NCBI GenBank assembly: GCA_964270895.1
Contig: OZ185440.1
Source: Podarcis filfolensis
Lineage: Eukaryota
DNA: 64,000 nt
Reading direction: 5' to 3' (one strand)
Shown here: piece by piece, positions 24,512-37,520 of the stretch
Position numbering within the stretch: position 1 is the stretch's first letter
How the letters are laid out: the number at the start of each line of letters is the position of its first letter
Made by a program: the position numbers and the translations under genes
The notes under the pieces: model-generated
Told to the model about the DNA's origin: nothing
Database searches by the model: none
The model's input: the letters and a program-made list of their open reading frames with translations, nothing else

Positions 24512-25985
24512 CTGAGGGAAAGAACATCAGAAATTTCAGACTTCAATTTTAGCTCAATTCAACTGTTTCCTTCCTATTACTTCCTGATGTCTAGTCTAGT
24601 TCCTCTTCTTTTTTGAGAGGCTTCTGAGCTTTAGTTTTACTGATGTCACTTAGCTTCTGCATAAGTAAGATACTGAAAGCAAATGAGGTGGTATTTATTG
24701 ATAAAGTAAGAAATCCAAATTAACAGAAATGTTAGTTTTTTTAATTGTTCACTAATAGTATATATTTTAAAAAGACGAATACAGCAACAAGAGTCCCATA
24801 GGTAGTGACACTAGTCTGTCCTTTTACAACATCAAAGAGACTGGCAAGTCTCCTCTTCTGTATACCTACCAGACATCCACAGATAGGGTATAGAGAACAG
24901 AGAGAAACCAGTCTTTTTCAGTACACTTTAAACTACCCCATCAAACCAAACCCTTGTAATTGATTCAAGAATATAAAATACCCTTTTCATATTGAGTATG
25001 GGCAAACAGCATTCTCACTTGACCTTCAGCAAAGTTAGGTATAGCCTGTGGCCCATGCAAAATGTCAAAACAGCTTCACTGGCAAAAAGGCAAGTGCTTT
25101 CAGCCTATTACAACTTGCTTCTCAAGGAACATTTTCTGAAGGATTAGAATGCTTCTTGGGTGGCGGAATCCACCTGCTTCAACATCTCAGCTTGTTAAAT
25201 AATCTCCCCAAAATCCACAGCCAGTCAAATTTGTTGCCTGATTTTAGTGATGTTGGCTTTAGTGGCACAACAAATGCAATTTAACACAAGTGTTTTCTCA
25301 TAGTGGCCCAAAATATCTTAATTACAAGTTTCCAACAGATGTCTAGTATCAAGTCACACAAAAATCAGCTTTGCAAGCAGACCTCAACAAATTTCCACTA
25401 TATTTTTAGTAATACAGGAAAAAGAGGAAGTATCCACATTTATTCTGGCATTCAAGGTTCTCATTTATTTTGTTTTCAAATATTATTTGTATTCTGCTTC
25501 TAGGTGGGAGTTCTGGAAGTCTCCCATTAAAACAAATGGTTAAAGTACACTCCTGCTATGCTGTGCAGCACCTGACATCATCAGTGGAACTTTCAGGTTT
25601 TACTTAAAAAGAAGGTACTAAAATACAGCTTAGTTTTTTTAAAAACTGAAGCTAATTTGCAACCTAGCATTAATACAAAGTATTAAAAATCTAACATTTA
25701 TATGGTTAATACATCAGAATTAGGACCCAGCACTATGTCTCCCCATAAGCTAGTAGGGAGCAATTTCATTGGCTCGGAGACAAAAAAGTTTAACCATTTT
25801 AGGAGTATTACTTGCCCCTTTCCCCTATCCACTGGGTGTAAGTAACAAGTAAGCAGCAGCTTCAAAGATGAATCCTCCCACCAAGTGTTTCAAAATTCAG
25901 ACATATGAAAGACTAAAAAACAGCAAGCCTCCCATTTATACTTAATTTGCTAGTCAGATGAAACAAGAGAATTATGCATATTTAC

Positions 25986-26123
25986 CTGGCGAAGATATAA
26001 TTTAAGAACATTACTTATGTCATGTGCATAGAGTTCAGATAATTCCACCAAGTCCTTTCCATTTTCAAAAGCTTGACAAAGCTTTTCAACTCTTGATTTG
26101 GCTCCATTCACACGATATATACC
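25986..26123 (-). CDS. ARHGAP29: ARHGAP29 exon 19 (138 bp), RhoGAP arginine finger
   Basis: GIYRVNGAKSRVEKLCQAFENGKDLVELSELYAHDISNVLKLYLRQ; catalytic Arg intact; AG/GT junctions. Confidence 0.97.
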
Positions 26124-26219
26124 CTTTTATATAAGAAAAAGTTGTAAGTACTTGCAAAACCAAAATGTAAGCTATTTTAAAGACAGGGGTGTTGATTCAT
26201 CTATTCACTGAATATTTAC

Positions 26220-26408
26220 CTTTACATTTAGGGCTCGGCTTTCAATTTCAGAGGTGCACTTTTTTATGATGAAGGGGATGCCATCTGGGGAATTTTTAGC
26301 AGCTTGCGTAAACTCAACTCCAAATAGATGAAGTCTTCCATGGAGTTTCTTGTGTCCACACTGAATAGCTAAAGTCTCCAAGCACTTCTTGTGACAGGCA
26401 AGTGAACA
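26220..26408 (-). CDS. ARHGAP29: ARHGAP29 exon 18 (189 bp), C1 end and RhoGAP start
   Basis: CSLACHKKCLETLAIQCGHKKLHGRLHLFGVEFTQAAKNSPDGIPFIIKKCTSEIESRALNVK. Confidence 0.97.
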
Positions 26409-27170
26409 CTAGAGGAAATGTAACAGAAATGAAGGTCCTTTCAAACCCTGTTCATAATGATAGCAGAGCAATAGCATCTTGTCCTAAAACTTAAAAGGGG
26501 AAATAATTTTTAGATCGGCTGAGTCCAATAGGCTCTTAAAAGTGGGGCCGATCCAAAATACAAGCATTGACCTCTCTGCCAAAGCTTCGTTAATCACGAC
26601 AATAAGGAGAGGACTCAGTTTTGCTCATGCAGCCTTAATCAACCAAGATGGGCAAGGGCCAAATGGTGAACAAGTTTCCAGTTGACTTATGTATAAACTT
26701 AACAGGCATTTGTGTTGTACTTGACATTTTTTCTTCACACAGTGCTTATCTCTACACAGGAAAACATGTCACTACTTCAATCCACTTGGCAACCTCCAAA
26801 GCTGCATTTTTTAAAAATCACAAGAACCTATAATGGACTTCCTATTTAACATGTAGTTTGGGTCATAGTCTCAATGAGCTCCAGGTTGAAGCCTGGATAA
26901 CCTAGCCGAGTTTTTTTTTTTTTTTTGGGGGGGGGCTTTGAGCCATTCAATTGGTCATGAGTGAAGAGGGGAGCAGCAACTTGGGAGTTCATCTAAGGCG
27001 CAAAATGCCCTGACACCAGCACTGGCTGCTTCCAATCAGTTACCTCACATCTCCAGAGCACCTCATAGTGAAAGAAGCCCTTTAACCTACAGAGAGCAAA
27101 ATTTTCACATGATCTGACTGCAGCAACACAGCCTCCCCCAAGGAAGCCAAACAATGCTTGAATTTCTTAC

Positions 27171-27334
27171 CTCTTCACACTCTGCTCCATGAAATACCAC
27201 CAGACTATCACATTCTCTGCATTTAGATGGAGCCCTCAGCTTCCGCAGTTTGTGGGTTTGTGCTGCCTTAGATAGAATCGTGTTTCGAAAAGGTCCAGGT
27301 GAACTGGTCATTTCAGATGCTAGATCATTCAAAC
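27171..27334 (-). CDS. ARHGAP29: ARHGAP29 exon 17 (164 bp), C1 zinc finger start
   Basis: (G)LNDLASEMTSSPGPFRNTILSKAAQTHKLRKLRAPSKCRECDSLVVFHGAECEE. ttctaag acceptor, GTAAG donor. Confidence 0.95.
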
Positions 27335-27639
27335 CTTAGAACACAAATTCTGTTATTAGCTCTTTAATGTACTGGGGGGGGGGAGGAATGGCATATTAGA
27401 AAAACAAGTTCTTTATAAACTGAAATATGTTTATTGGTTACATAAAACAACACCCAGGGGTCACTATTGTAAGAATATACAATACTGTAATGGCTTGCCG
27501 GTAGGGCCATTTTGACAGGTGAGTCACCCCTTTGCAAGCAGTGACAGCAGTGAAATGGTTGTTGACTGTACAGCACTAGCTCTGAATTGTATATTTAAAA
27601 AATTGTACCAAGGGAAATAAAAAATACATCTTTGTGTGG

Positions 27640-27661
27640 GTACGCGCGCGCGCACACACAC
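27640..27661. repeat. Alternating purine-pyrimidine tract with (CG)5
   Basis: gtacgcgcgcgcgcacacacac. Confidence 0.9.
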
Positions 27662-28236
27662 TTTTCTACCTCCTAATATATTTGCATGTTTCCATTCAGA
27701 TACTCTGAAATGAGGCCTTAACATGAGACCATAATCCTGAGCAAGCATGTAGAAGATTGCAGCCTTAGAAGGGCTGAGGAACAATTTGAATCATTTAATA
27801 ATTATACGGAATAGCTCCCAATCTTGTACTTCTGTTTTTGAGAAAAAAATAACCTTTGTCCAGTCATGCATTTCTACAAGCTCAAACATATGGTGGGCTT
27901 TGAAGTTTCCTGCCAATGCATCATGCAAGCCAGAAGAGAAGCTGCTTACTACTTTCCACTCTGCTATCAAGCAAGCATTTAGCAGAAACATTGGCATTAT
28001 AACTAAGCAGTTAAGCCTAAATTTTTCTAAACTGGAGAAAAGAGTTCCAGTTCTTAGTGTATGTTAAGCTGAGAGGATACGCTAATCTACTTCTTTGATC
28101 CGATGAGGCAAACATTCCAATTATCTCTGGTTCCCTACTCTCTTCTAACAAAACTCAGGGAAGGGCATCCAAATATGATTAATACCATGAAGCCTACTTG
28201 CAGCAAATTATTAATTCAATTATGAAGATACATTAC

Positions 28237-28335
28237 CAGAGTCTGAAGGTGAAGGTGGTTCTCTTTCATCGAGATCATCCGCAGATGACATGGTACCAGT
28301 AGATGGTGTCCGGGGAAGCCTTCTTTTAAAGTCCC
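28237..28335 (-). CDS. ARHGAP29: ARHGAP29 exon 16 (99 bp)
   Basis: (G)DFKRRLPRTPSTGTMSSADDLDEREPPSPSDS(G), nearly identical to the human motif. Confidence 0.97.
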
Positions 28336-28529
28336 CTATGAAAGAGGCAAGGCTTTTTTCAGACTTTAAAAGAAGCCGCCTATTTAATTCTATCTATCTA
28401 TTTATTTTAAAATTATATACTGCTTGAATGTAAGAAAACCTCTAAGTAGTTTACAAAATATATGAAATAAAACATTGAAATTCTTTACAAAAGCAGTTAT
28501 AAACAAGTATATAAAGGCATTCAAAAGAT

Positions 28530-30150
28530 TATTATAATTTGACTAGGCCATAAACACCAGGGGCTAAAAAATCCCACTATCTCAGTGCTACTCTCTGGAC
28601 TCTGTCTCATAGGTAGGACAGAAACCACTGTATCACAGTGCCTCCTATTCCTATGGTAAGCGGTATCAAAAGCCACAGAAAGATCAAGAAGCAAGAGAAA
28701 GGGCAAACTCTCCTTGTCCAGCTCTCTGTAAGGTCATCTGTTAGGGAAATTCAGTCCTATGACCAGGTCTGAACCCAGATTGAAACAAATCTAAACTATC
28801 TGTCATCCAAGAATGCTAGGTGATACCCTACCACAACTCTCTCCACTATTCCCCATCCCCGAAGGGGGTATTTGCAGCTGGTTGATAGTTATTCTAGTCC
28901 AAGAGGTCCAGGGCTGGTTTCTATAGGAGAGGCCACATCCGCAATTCATTCAAGGCAGAAAGTATGACCTCCTGCAACTCCATCTCCTATATTTAATAAG
29001 CCAGGTGGGACAGGGGTCAAGAGGGCATGTGGTTGGGTGTGTGACCATCAGCACCTTGTCCACATCAGCTGCCTGCATAACCTGAAACTGATCGCACAAC
29101 ATATCACTGATCTTGGCATTGGGTACTTCATCCGGAACTGCGACAAATGAAGAGTCAAGTTCACTTGAAAGTCATGTGACTTTATCCTCAAAGGGTGTAG
29201 TCAGTTGGTCACAGCAGACCCACAATGGGAGTCAGTAACTTTCAGACAGTTCACAATAAAACTGTCAACCAGCTACTAGAGGAGGTAACGCAAGCTACAA
29301 AATTAGCATTCTTCGCAATCTGCATTGCCACATAGTAGGCATGATTATGAGCACTAGCCAGTGTTCAGTTGGATTCAGAATGAGACTTGCCCCACTTGCA
29401 CTTTAGTCTTCACGTGATTTTCCATAGTCCAAAGCTCCCCAGAATACCAAAGATTCTTCCAGAGCATTCAGGAACTCCTCAGGTTACATCAGCCTCTGAG
29501 GGTGGGCCATCCGAACGAGCCCACCACCCTTACAGGGAGGGAAACTGTCACCACTAGTTCGAACTTTACCAGATAATGGTTCAACTATGACAAGGTTACA
29601 CACACACATACCACCCAATCTATGGTCCATCCCTTATATCACTTGGCGGTAAAAACAACTTCAAGGTTGTGCCCTGCGTAATGTGCTGGACGGATGACCA
29701 GTTGACACAGCCCCATGGCTGTCACCAAGACCATGAAGTCCCAAGCTGGCCCAACTGCAGTCTCTGTGGATATTGATGTCACCCAAGTCTATTGTCCTTG
29801 GGTCCTCCAATGCCACACCAGAGACCATCACAGCCAACTCAGAGATGCTGCTGGGTAACAGAGTAATTAATAAATTAGAAGCACCCCCAGTCCATTTCTC
29901 TAACCCCAAACCAGTGCAGACTCTCTAAGTCCATCCCAAGAAAATGAAGCTTTCTGGGAAAAGAGATGGTGCTTCTATGGATAATAGCAACGCCACCACT
30001 TGACCCCCACAGTCAAGCCTGGTGCTGTGTTGACTACCAAGATAGGCACAGCTAAGTCAGGTCAGGGCCACCCAGCTTACCCATCCCAGTTTTGGTTATG
30101 CACACTAGGTCAGCCCCTTCATTCATGATAAAATTGTGGCTACACATGAT
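28530..30150 (-). mobile_element. Degenerate L2/CR1-clade LINE ORF2 fragment (endonuclease to RT) in intron 15
   Basis: Minus-strand motifs in order: EGADLVCIT, LGDINIH (APE endonuclease), TTCPLDPCPTWLIK, FQSGFRPGHRTE, LLLLDLSVAFDT, GTVIQWFLSYL; with stops and frameshifts. Confidence 0.88.
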
Positions 30151-30366
30151 CAGCGTGGACTGGCCTGGCCTTCAACAACAGCACTACTAGATCAGAGAGT
30201 GGGGCAACTAAAATGGAGGACAGGGGCCAAACATCTAGCCTCTGCCCCAGATGGTAGTCTGTCAGTCCACTCCAGTTATGCTTTCCCCTGCCCACTGCCG
30301 CTGAAACTGGAAATTTCATCCAACAGATACTATTTATTAGTGTTTGAAAATTAATATTCTCTGTAC

Positions 30367-30495
30367 CTGGGCTTGCAGATGGAGAGTCTACAGACCGTGA
30401 TTCACTGCTTCCTCCCGCACTTTCAGAATCACTGCACATTCCTCCACTCTGGTTACCAACTGACCAGGATCTGAATGGTGGGGGGCCACGCACAG
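30367..30495 (-). CDS. ARHGAP29: ARHGAP29 exon 15 (129 bp)
   Basis: (A)VRGPPPFRSWSVGNQSGGMCSDSESAGGSSESRSVDSPSASP(G). ttttcttacag acceptor, GTACAG donor. Confidence 0.95.
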
Positions 30496-30866
30496 CTGTA
30501 AGAAAAGAAAAAGAATGAACTCAAATGGTAAAATAAAATATTAAAGTCAACCTTGTACTATTAAATTACAAGCATTTCAACAATTTTCTACTTTTGCTGC
30601 TTGGTTTGTGCTGGAAGCAGAACAAACTTATTCAGCTTCTAGTCATATTTTATCCGGTTGGCCAAAATAAGTACTGTTAAAATAAAAAATCAGTCAAAAA
30701 TAAAACAAAACAGAAAGCAAAACCCCAATAGCCTAAAAAGTTTTAATTTAATTATGATCTTTTGTTTATTACAATAACCATCTGAGTACTGGCAATGGGT
30801 TACTGTAGTGACCTTTAAAGGAAGACTACTTTACCATGAAGATTTAGAAACCTACTAAAATATTAC

Positions 30867-31021
30867 CAGAGACATCTGTGGTGCTTGATGATCTTTTTTC
30901 TCCAATCTTTTGAGATCGATGACAGCTTGGACTTGTGATGTCTTCTAGTAACTGAGCGGGAAAATCTCCTGAGCACTGGGATAAATTTCCTTGTGATGCA
31001 TGGACATTGTTTGATCGTTTA
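30867..31021 (-). CDS. ARHGAP29: ARHGAP29 exon 14 (155 bp)
   Basis: KRSNNVHASQGNLSQCSGDFPAQLLEDITSPSCHRSQKIGEKRSSSTTDVS. Divergent linker, but phase 2 in and phase 1 out fit both neighbours; ttttcag acceptor, GTAATA donor. Confidence 0.85.
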
Positions 31022-32780
31022 CTGAAAACCCTGGGGAGAGGAAAACACATTTTTATTTTTGGAAATATCCACCCCCTAGCAGGCTCCAAGGCTCTTTGCC
31101 TGCCCCCATCTCCTGAATCGTTCCCACAGGACAGTAGATAGTAGATGGAGGGGACAGGTTAGTCCAACTAGAGCATGTCCTGAGTTAGATTTTGTGCTTT
31201 TTTGCCTTGTTTTGAAATGAAGTGAGTGTATGTGTTTGAACAAAGAACAAGGGCATATAATATTTATTAGTTAGTTGTGGGACTCTCTGTGGTAGGATGA
31301 AATTTGTTTCATCCAGTATTTTATTTTCAAATGTAAGCTTTTGGTGCTTACAGCATTTATCCATCAGCAGAGTAGATTGATTCAGTTTGCAGTTGAGGTG
31401 TAAGGCATACCGATACTGCACGGGACTTTTGTAATTAAGTTGTCAAATGCAACTTCCACTGCCTTCTTATATTTGCACCCTAATTTTAGATAATAATAAT
31501 AAAATCCACAACATCCAAATACAGAAAGAGCTTATTAGTCATGTTCAGCAGCAGGAAGTCTATGCTTAATCAGCTTTTCTCCTCTCAGCACAACAGAAGC
31601 TGCCCATGTCTCCCTAAGTAATAGCCTTAACAACTTAGTTATCTATCATAATAGTAATTTATCACGAGAGAGCTCAAAACAAAAGACTAAAATAGGTGCT
31701 CTCTTTGGATGACTTAGTTGAAGTGCATGTGAAAGCCCCTTTTATCTCTGGAAATGTTGGAGCATAGATTTAAAACAAATTAATGACAGGCAGGAAGTCT
31801 ACAGACAAGTATCCCAAGACTAACTTTTAATTTCTTGGCTATTATTACCTCAAGCTTTAAGTTAAGAACTTTTGAAAGAGTTACATTTTCTTATATTCAG
31901 CTTTTTTGAAACGGAAAACATAAAATGAGAATTTAATCAAGTTCCAAAGCTGACTTAATACTGATATTAAATGTTGCAAAAAAAGTTTTTATAAATAAAA
32001 CATTTCCAGGCTTTTTATGAATGTCTTGCAGAGGTTAAGCAGTATAAGAGCCCAGAGGCCTAACTTCGAATACTGCTTCCATCATTCTACCCTCTTATTT
32101 CCAATACTCAGACAGGGAATGTTGCTTATGTAATCTAAATGGCACCACCCATGCTCAAAAGAGGAGGTTATCAGCAGACTTCTGGAAACCCCGAGGTTTA
32201 ATGTACAATATTTTTTAAGACAAGGTAGCCTTTAGGGGTGAACCACCAAAACATCTCAATGAGGACTGAGCATCTTCAACAGCCATAGAATGCTGACTTT
32301 CTGGTGGGAGGAGGACGACTGGAAAATGGGGAGAGAGGATGTAACAGAATGCAGTATCCTGACCAGGAATTTTTCATGCAGCAGTATTTTTTGTTGCAAG
32401 TCCCACTTGTCCCAAATTCTCATGCTCAACAACAAAAATAGACATAGTGATAAGCATCAACTGTTGCCGCAAATGGCTGGACAACGAACTTAAGTGAGAG
32501 CCAAGAATTTGTGCAAGCTGAGGTACCTTCTCCATATCTTTCTTTTTTTGGCTAAATGGGAAAAAAAAATCCTCAGCAAAAAAACAACAACAAATACTAA
32601 ACTCTGCTCTACACTATGAAAAGTCACCTGTCTTTTAGGACCCATTTCCATTCATTTTTCAACAATGCCTGACTTATTAAAGTAACAAGTTCTTTCTCTC
32701 TTTTATTTTCTATCTACATTCCTCTAGCATTTTGTTCACATTTGCTGCCAAGTAAGCGAAGATGGTATCTGAGCTCTCAC

Positions 32781-32971
32781 CCTCCAACCTGGGAGCTCTG
32801 AGTTTCAAAGGAACCCGATTCAATGGGAACATCATCTTTTGGCAAATTCTTCACAAACTCTGAGAACTTCTGTCCTGGGTCATAAAGCTTGGCACTCTCA
32901 CAGAGGGACTGACAGTTAACTGGTAGAGACACAACCTGGGCATGCTGCATCTGGAATAGGTTAACTGTTGC
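32781..32971 (-). CDS. ARHGAP29: ARHGAP29 exon 13 (191 bp), F-BAR end
   Basis: ATVNLFQMQHAQVVSLPVNCQSLCESAKLYDPGQKFSEFVK...; cccag acceptor, GTGAG donor. Confidence 0.95.
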
Positions 32972-35260
32972 CTGGGTGGAACAAAAAGATATTTGAAATA
33001 GAGTTATTTCAAGAAACAAAGGTTTGAAATATTCCCCGCATCTCTTAAAACTTACAAAAATAGGTCACAAATGATTTTTTTTCAGGTATTAAAAAACAAC
33101 AACTAGCCTGTATGTCACCTATCACAATTACAGCTTTCTGTCATAGTTTGCTCAACTTTTCTTAAACTCCATTTCCTTTCTGTCAGTATACTTAGGTTTC
33201 AAGAAAGCATGTGGATGCAAGATGTATTTATAGTTAAACCAATCTCTGTTTTGTGAGACTGATGGATAGAAGTCAGTGAAAGTGTGAATTTTGATTGCCT
33301 GTAGTGGTACTGGGTTTGGATCCAAAGAAGCATGAGTGTATTTCTGCTTACACAACAGGTTGTTTCCACCAAAGCTTGCTTAAGCCCCCTAAATGCCTGA
33401 AAAAAACCCTTCCTAGGGTTTGGGAGACCCTCTAGCATAGCATGGGATGTAGGCACAGGGAGCTGTAATGCGAAGAAGAACTGGTAGAACTCATAGAAGC
33501 CACTTTGCACAAGTGAAACTGCATTTCACTCATGAAAGAATTGGTTTAGATAGAAACCAATGTTTTTTGGAAACTTTACTTAATCAGCAAGACCAAAAAA
33601 AGAAAGAAAACTATAAAATGTTGAAAAACTAAGTCTCTCGGTATTCAGAAAACTGAAGAGAGAATATAAACAAATTGCAGTGTTTGTAGTTGGTACACAG
33701 CAGTCTGACTAGAAGCCTCAAGCTTCCATATTTAGAAATGTGATATGGACCAGCCTCTCATCCAAGATGCTGCTTAGGTTGCCCCCCATTTATTATAAAG
33801 TTAAGGATAAATATGCAAGGCATAGCTGCAGAACAAATTTAATGCTAAAATTTAATGCCCTTCCATTCGGTATCATCCACATTTACAAAAAAGCTGTGTC
33901 CTTCAATTCAACATAAGTTGATGCATGTCTTAACAGACAGAATGCATCATAGTACAGTTCATCCACTAAAGTTAAATAGCAAGCATGTATACAAAACAGA
34001 TTTATCATCTAAGATTCTAGGCCTTTCTTCCCAAAGACAAATGGACACTTTATACTAATACACAACCTCATGAACTCTTCTGCTTGTCTTCCTTTTGTCT
34101 GCCTTCCATGAATGGCTTGCTATAATTAAGCTGTGGAAACTTATGTTATCTAGATAGATATTCCAATTTATGAAATAAATAACTTCATGGACAAACCATT
34201 TACAAACATCTTTTGCCACATGTTCTGTGAAGCTTGTCTAGTTTCATGAGATGTTTTGCAGCACTATTTAGCAATTCAGAGTGCTTGACATCATAGTACC
34301 AGGAAACCACTCAGTTCTGGATAGACTTCAAAAATGGGGTGCTAGGAACAATAGTATTCTATTTAATCTACTACAAACTATTATCAATCAATTCACAGAA
34401 GCTTTAAGTCAAAGGTAAGGCAGGCCAAAGCTGCAGCTCTATTTCTCCCCACTTGCCACTTTATGAGGTAAGGCTCTGAATGTTGGCTCATTGTTGTTTC
34501 AAGATAAAGGAACATGAAGAGATTCTCTACTTAGTACCAATGCACATAAAGAAAAACCAATGAATCTGGCATTTCTGATCTCCGACTCACAGTGGGAAAA
34601 GCAGAGAGCAGGGGGTGCACAAGACAAAGGGTTGCTGCAGCTCTTTCAGCACTGTGGAAAACCATTGTTCCCCATTACCTCTGAACTAGGCAAGTGGCTC
34701 TGTATAGATAGTTCTCCAGACTACTTTTAAAAATTGCTAATATACTGAATGAAACAATCATAGAGACACCATTAAGACAGTTTTGCAAACCACGGGTATG
34801 GAGGATGAGCAATGAGTCATGGACTTGCCTGTTTCCCCTCTCTGCATGGCTTTCCTATCAGTTTCCTGTTTAGCATTAACCATGATTTTGTCAGGGCATC
34901 TGAACTGGCATGCTATAATTGCCGAATCTTCCAAACCAGAATATGAAACCATGGTTTGAAGTGGGTTTCCAATCTTGGGTTGGAGACCGAACACTAAGCA
35001 CAGCGTTCTAATTCAAGCAGCTTGGCAAACTATGGTTTGTGCTAAAACAATAAATGTAGAAGAAGCATGGGTTGTTCATGATCTACTATTACACCACAGC
35101 TTATAGGCTGGCCCAAATAAAACCAATATGATTGCTTTAGTCAATATACCAGCAGTGTTGGCCATAATGCTTCAGAGATATATATCAAATCATTTTCACA
35201 CATGATATTCCAGCAATAATGATTTTCTTCTAGTCTAGAACACAAGGAACACATTCTTAC

Positions 35261-35398
35261 AGCTTTAAGTGTGAGGTCACACTGATAAACAAGTTCCCGT
35301 AGCTGGGTTAAGACATCACTTTTGAAATTTTCTAGATCATTTCGTTTTTCTTCAACTTCAGCCATGCTGGCTTTGAAATGTTCATTGGCTTCTTCAGC
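35261..35398 (-). CDS. ARHGAP29: ARHGAP29 exon 12 (138 bp), F-BAR
   Basis: AEEANEHFKASMAEVEEKRNDLENFKSDVLTQLRELVYQCDLTLKA. Confidence 0.96.
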
Positions 35399-35605
35399 CT
35401 ACAACAAATTAAACATGTAAAGAATGAGTGATGGTGAAGAAACTTCCTATTAAAATACCTGAAGAAACCCTACCTTTAGCAGTCCACAATAAAAGCACTT
35501 TATAATTTCATAAGTACCAGCCAACATGTCCTATGAATCACATATTTCCAAGAACTAGTATAACACTGCATTTCATTGCTAACATATCTAAAGAAGTTTT
35601 CTTAC

Positions 35606-35791
35606 CTTTAGGAGAGCCTCCTCTTCAAGTTTTCGTTTTTTCTCAAGTTTACTAACATCTTTAATAATACCCCCATTGGAGGTCAGATGCTCCTCTTCAG
35701 CACGAACAGTTGATGATTTTGCCTTTTCATATTCATCTTGCCGCTGAAGATATAATAGCTTTGCTTTTTTAACGGTGGATTCCAGTTCCTG
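35606..35791 (-). CDS. ARHGAP29: ARHGAP29 exon 11 (186 bp, tandem acceptor), F-BAR
   Basis: QELESTVKKAKLLYLQRQDEYEKAKSSTVRAEEEHLTSNGGIIKDVSKLEKKRKLEEEALLK. The 5' boundary is ambiguous by +/-3 nt (GAG CAG CAG). Confidence 0.93.
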
Positions 35792-36340
35792 CTGCTCATT
35801 CCAAAAGAAAGCATCTCAATATTAGCAGTTTCCATGTTGTAGAATAGTGAAATGCGACACATTATATTCTAACTCAAAGCTTGTTAATCATCATCATCAT
35901 CATCTTCCAGACATTGAGCTGTGGGAATGGTAGTATGGGAAAGCATAGGAACTGGTGGCCTTTATGCCATAAATGTGAAGAAAATTGTAACTAGTGGGTT
36001 TTTCTTTCTTTTTAAAAAATATGTAAACTTTTTCAATGAATTACAGTAAGTAATGTATGCTGAATGCCTATATTGTATGCTCTGCAGGCAAGTTTGGAAG
36101 TTTAGAATTTCTATCTGAAACAAAGGGTGATGCCCCACATAGTATGAGTGAAGTCTTCTCATGCAATGGGGCTTCTCCTCCTGCACCTCCCTAAATCAGC
36201 TCCACAAGTTCCCCAAACCTACAAAGCAGATTTTGGGGAACACAGGGGGATGTTGGGGGAAGAAGATTTCCATTGTGCAAGCAGATGGACATCCCTGAAT
36301 GCGCCCCCCCCCGCAATATATTATGTTCAAATATACCAAC

Positions 36341-36421
36341 CATTTTCTTTTGTTCTCGTTGCCAAAGCTCCTTGATCTCCTTCCTTTGTTTATCCAGTTC
36401 GCTTTTCCTTCCAAGGAGTGG
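36341..36421 (-). CDS. ARHGAP29: ARHGAP29 exon 10 (81 bp)
   Basis: PLLGRKSELDKQRKEIKELWQREQKKM. Confidence 0.96.
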
Positions 36422-36527
36422 CTACATGAGAGAAATCCAATGACTGTGTAAGGAAATGTCAATGACTAAAATATATATGCCTGTGAGTTATGCATGTAAA
36501 AATGCTTTTAAATAGAATTGGTTTTAC

Positions 36528-36638
36528 CTGAACAAATTTATTAGTTTGGAGAGCTGATGCCGTTTGTTGCCAGAGCTGACTGTTCTCTACATCATTTTGG
36601 AATGCATTTATGAATATTGATTGGAATGGCATGTAATC
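36528..36638 (-). CDS. ARHGAP29: ARHGAP29 exon 9 (111 bp)
   Basis: DYMPFQSIFINAFQNDVENSQLWQQTASALQTNKFVQ. Confidence 0.96.
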
Positions 36639-37053
36639 CTGTAAGCCAAAACATGTAAATTAGTAGAGTATCCTTCTAGGTCAAATTCTCCCACTGATTT
36701 AAGTGGAAAAAGTGCTTTATACAGATCTGTGACAAAATTAAGTTGTTATATTACATCAATACCCTTACGTAAACCTTCATTCTATTAAGACAAAATGTTC
36801 AGTTAAAAAAAACCTAGTTCCAGAGTTGCACTTGTAACAATGCATAAAATATTGTAAAACAAAATAAAAAAGTTTGCTTAATTTTTCTTACTTTCAAGTA
36901 GCAAAAAAATAAGCCAAAAGAATATTCATCAGAATTTAAATAGAAAAAACTACAAATAAAGGAAACAGCAAAGAAGAATTCAATGGAGCTTCCATAATCA
37001 ATAGAAAAGTGTGTGTATTATTAACAGTGCATTTTTATTAAGTGAACACTCAC

Positions 37054-37118
37054 CTGAGGGCCAACAATAGCTTTAGTTGTTTCTGCCATTTTTGCCAGGC
37101 TTTTAGCACATTCCATTT
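37054..37118 (-). CDS. ARHGAP29: ARHGAP29 exon 8 (65 bp)
   Basis: (E)MECAKSLAKMAETTKAIVGPQ; ctacag acceptor, GTGAG donor. Confidence 0.93.
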
Positions 37119-37382
37119 CTGTAGGGAAGGAAGACCAGTTTCACGTAATGAGTGAGAGCAGTAAGAGCAAGCATAAACTTCTCTGTAGTCTTCATTTAAC
37201 AGTACACAGACACTATTTTGCTACAAATATTTCAGTCACAGGAAACAGGCAACAGTTCCATTCATTTCAGTGAACAGCTACTAATTTAGAAATCACATTA
37301 CTGACAGTCTGTAGCACAATCCTGACAACAGATTTAATTCCATCATGACAAAGCTCATTAGGTGCCAGAAAGAACCACTCAC

Positions 37383-37520
37383 CCAAGTTAAGCTTTTTCT
37401 CTACCCATGCAACTATATCCTTCGTGTATTTTGACCATGCCTTAGCATAGGACAGAGCTGATTCAATTCCATTATCGTTCCTTAGGAGAACGCTATCAAT
37501 CTCTTCAGCTCTAAGGTGCC
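37383..37520 (-). CDS. ARHGAP29: ARHGAP29 exon 7 (138 bp), F-BAR start
   Basis: (G)HLRAEEIDSVLLRNDNGIESALSYAKAWSKYTKDIVAWVEKKLNL(E). Confidence 0.96.
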
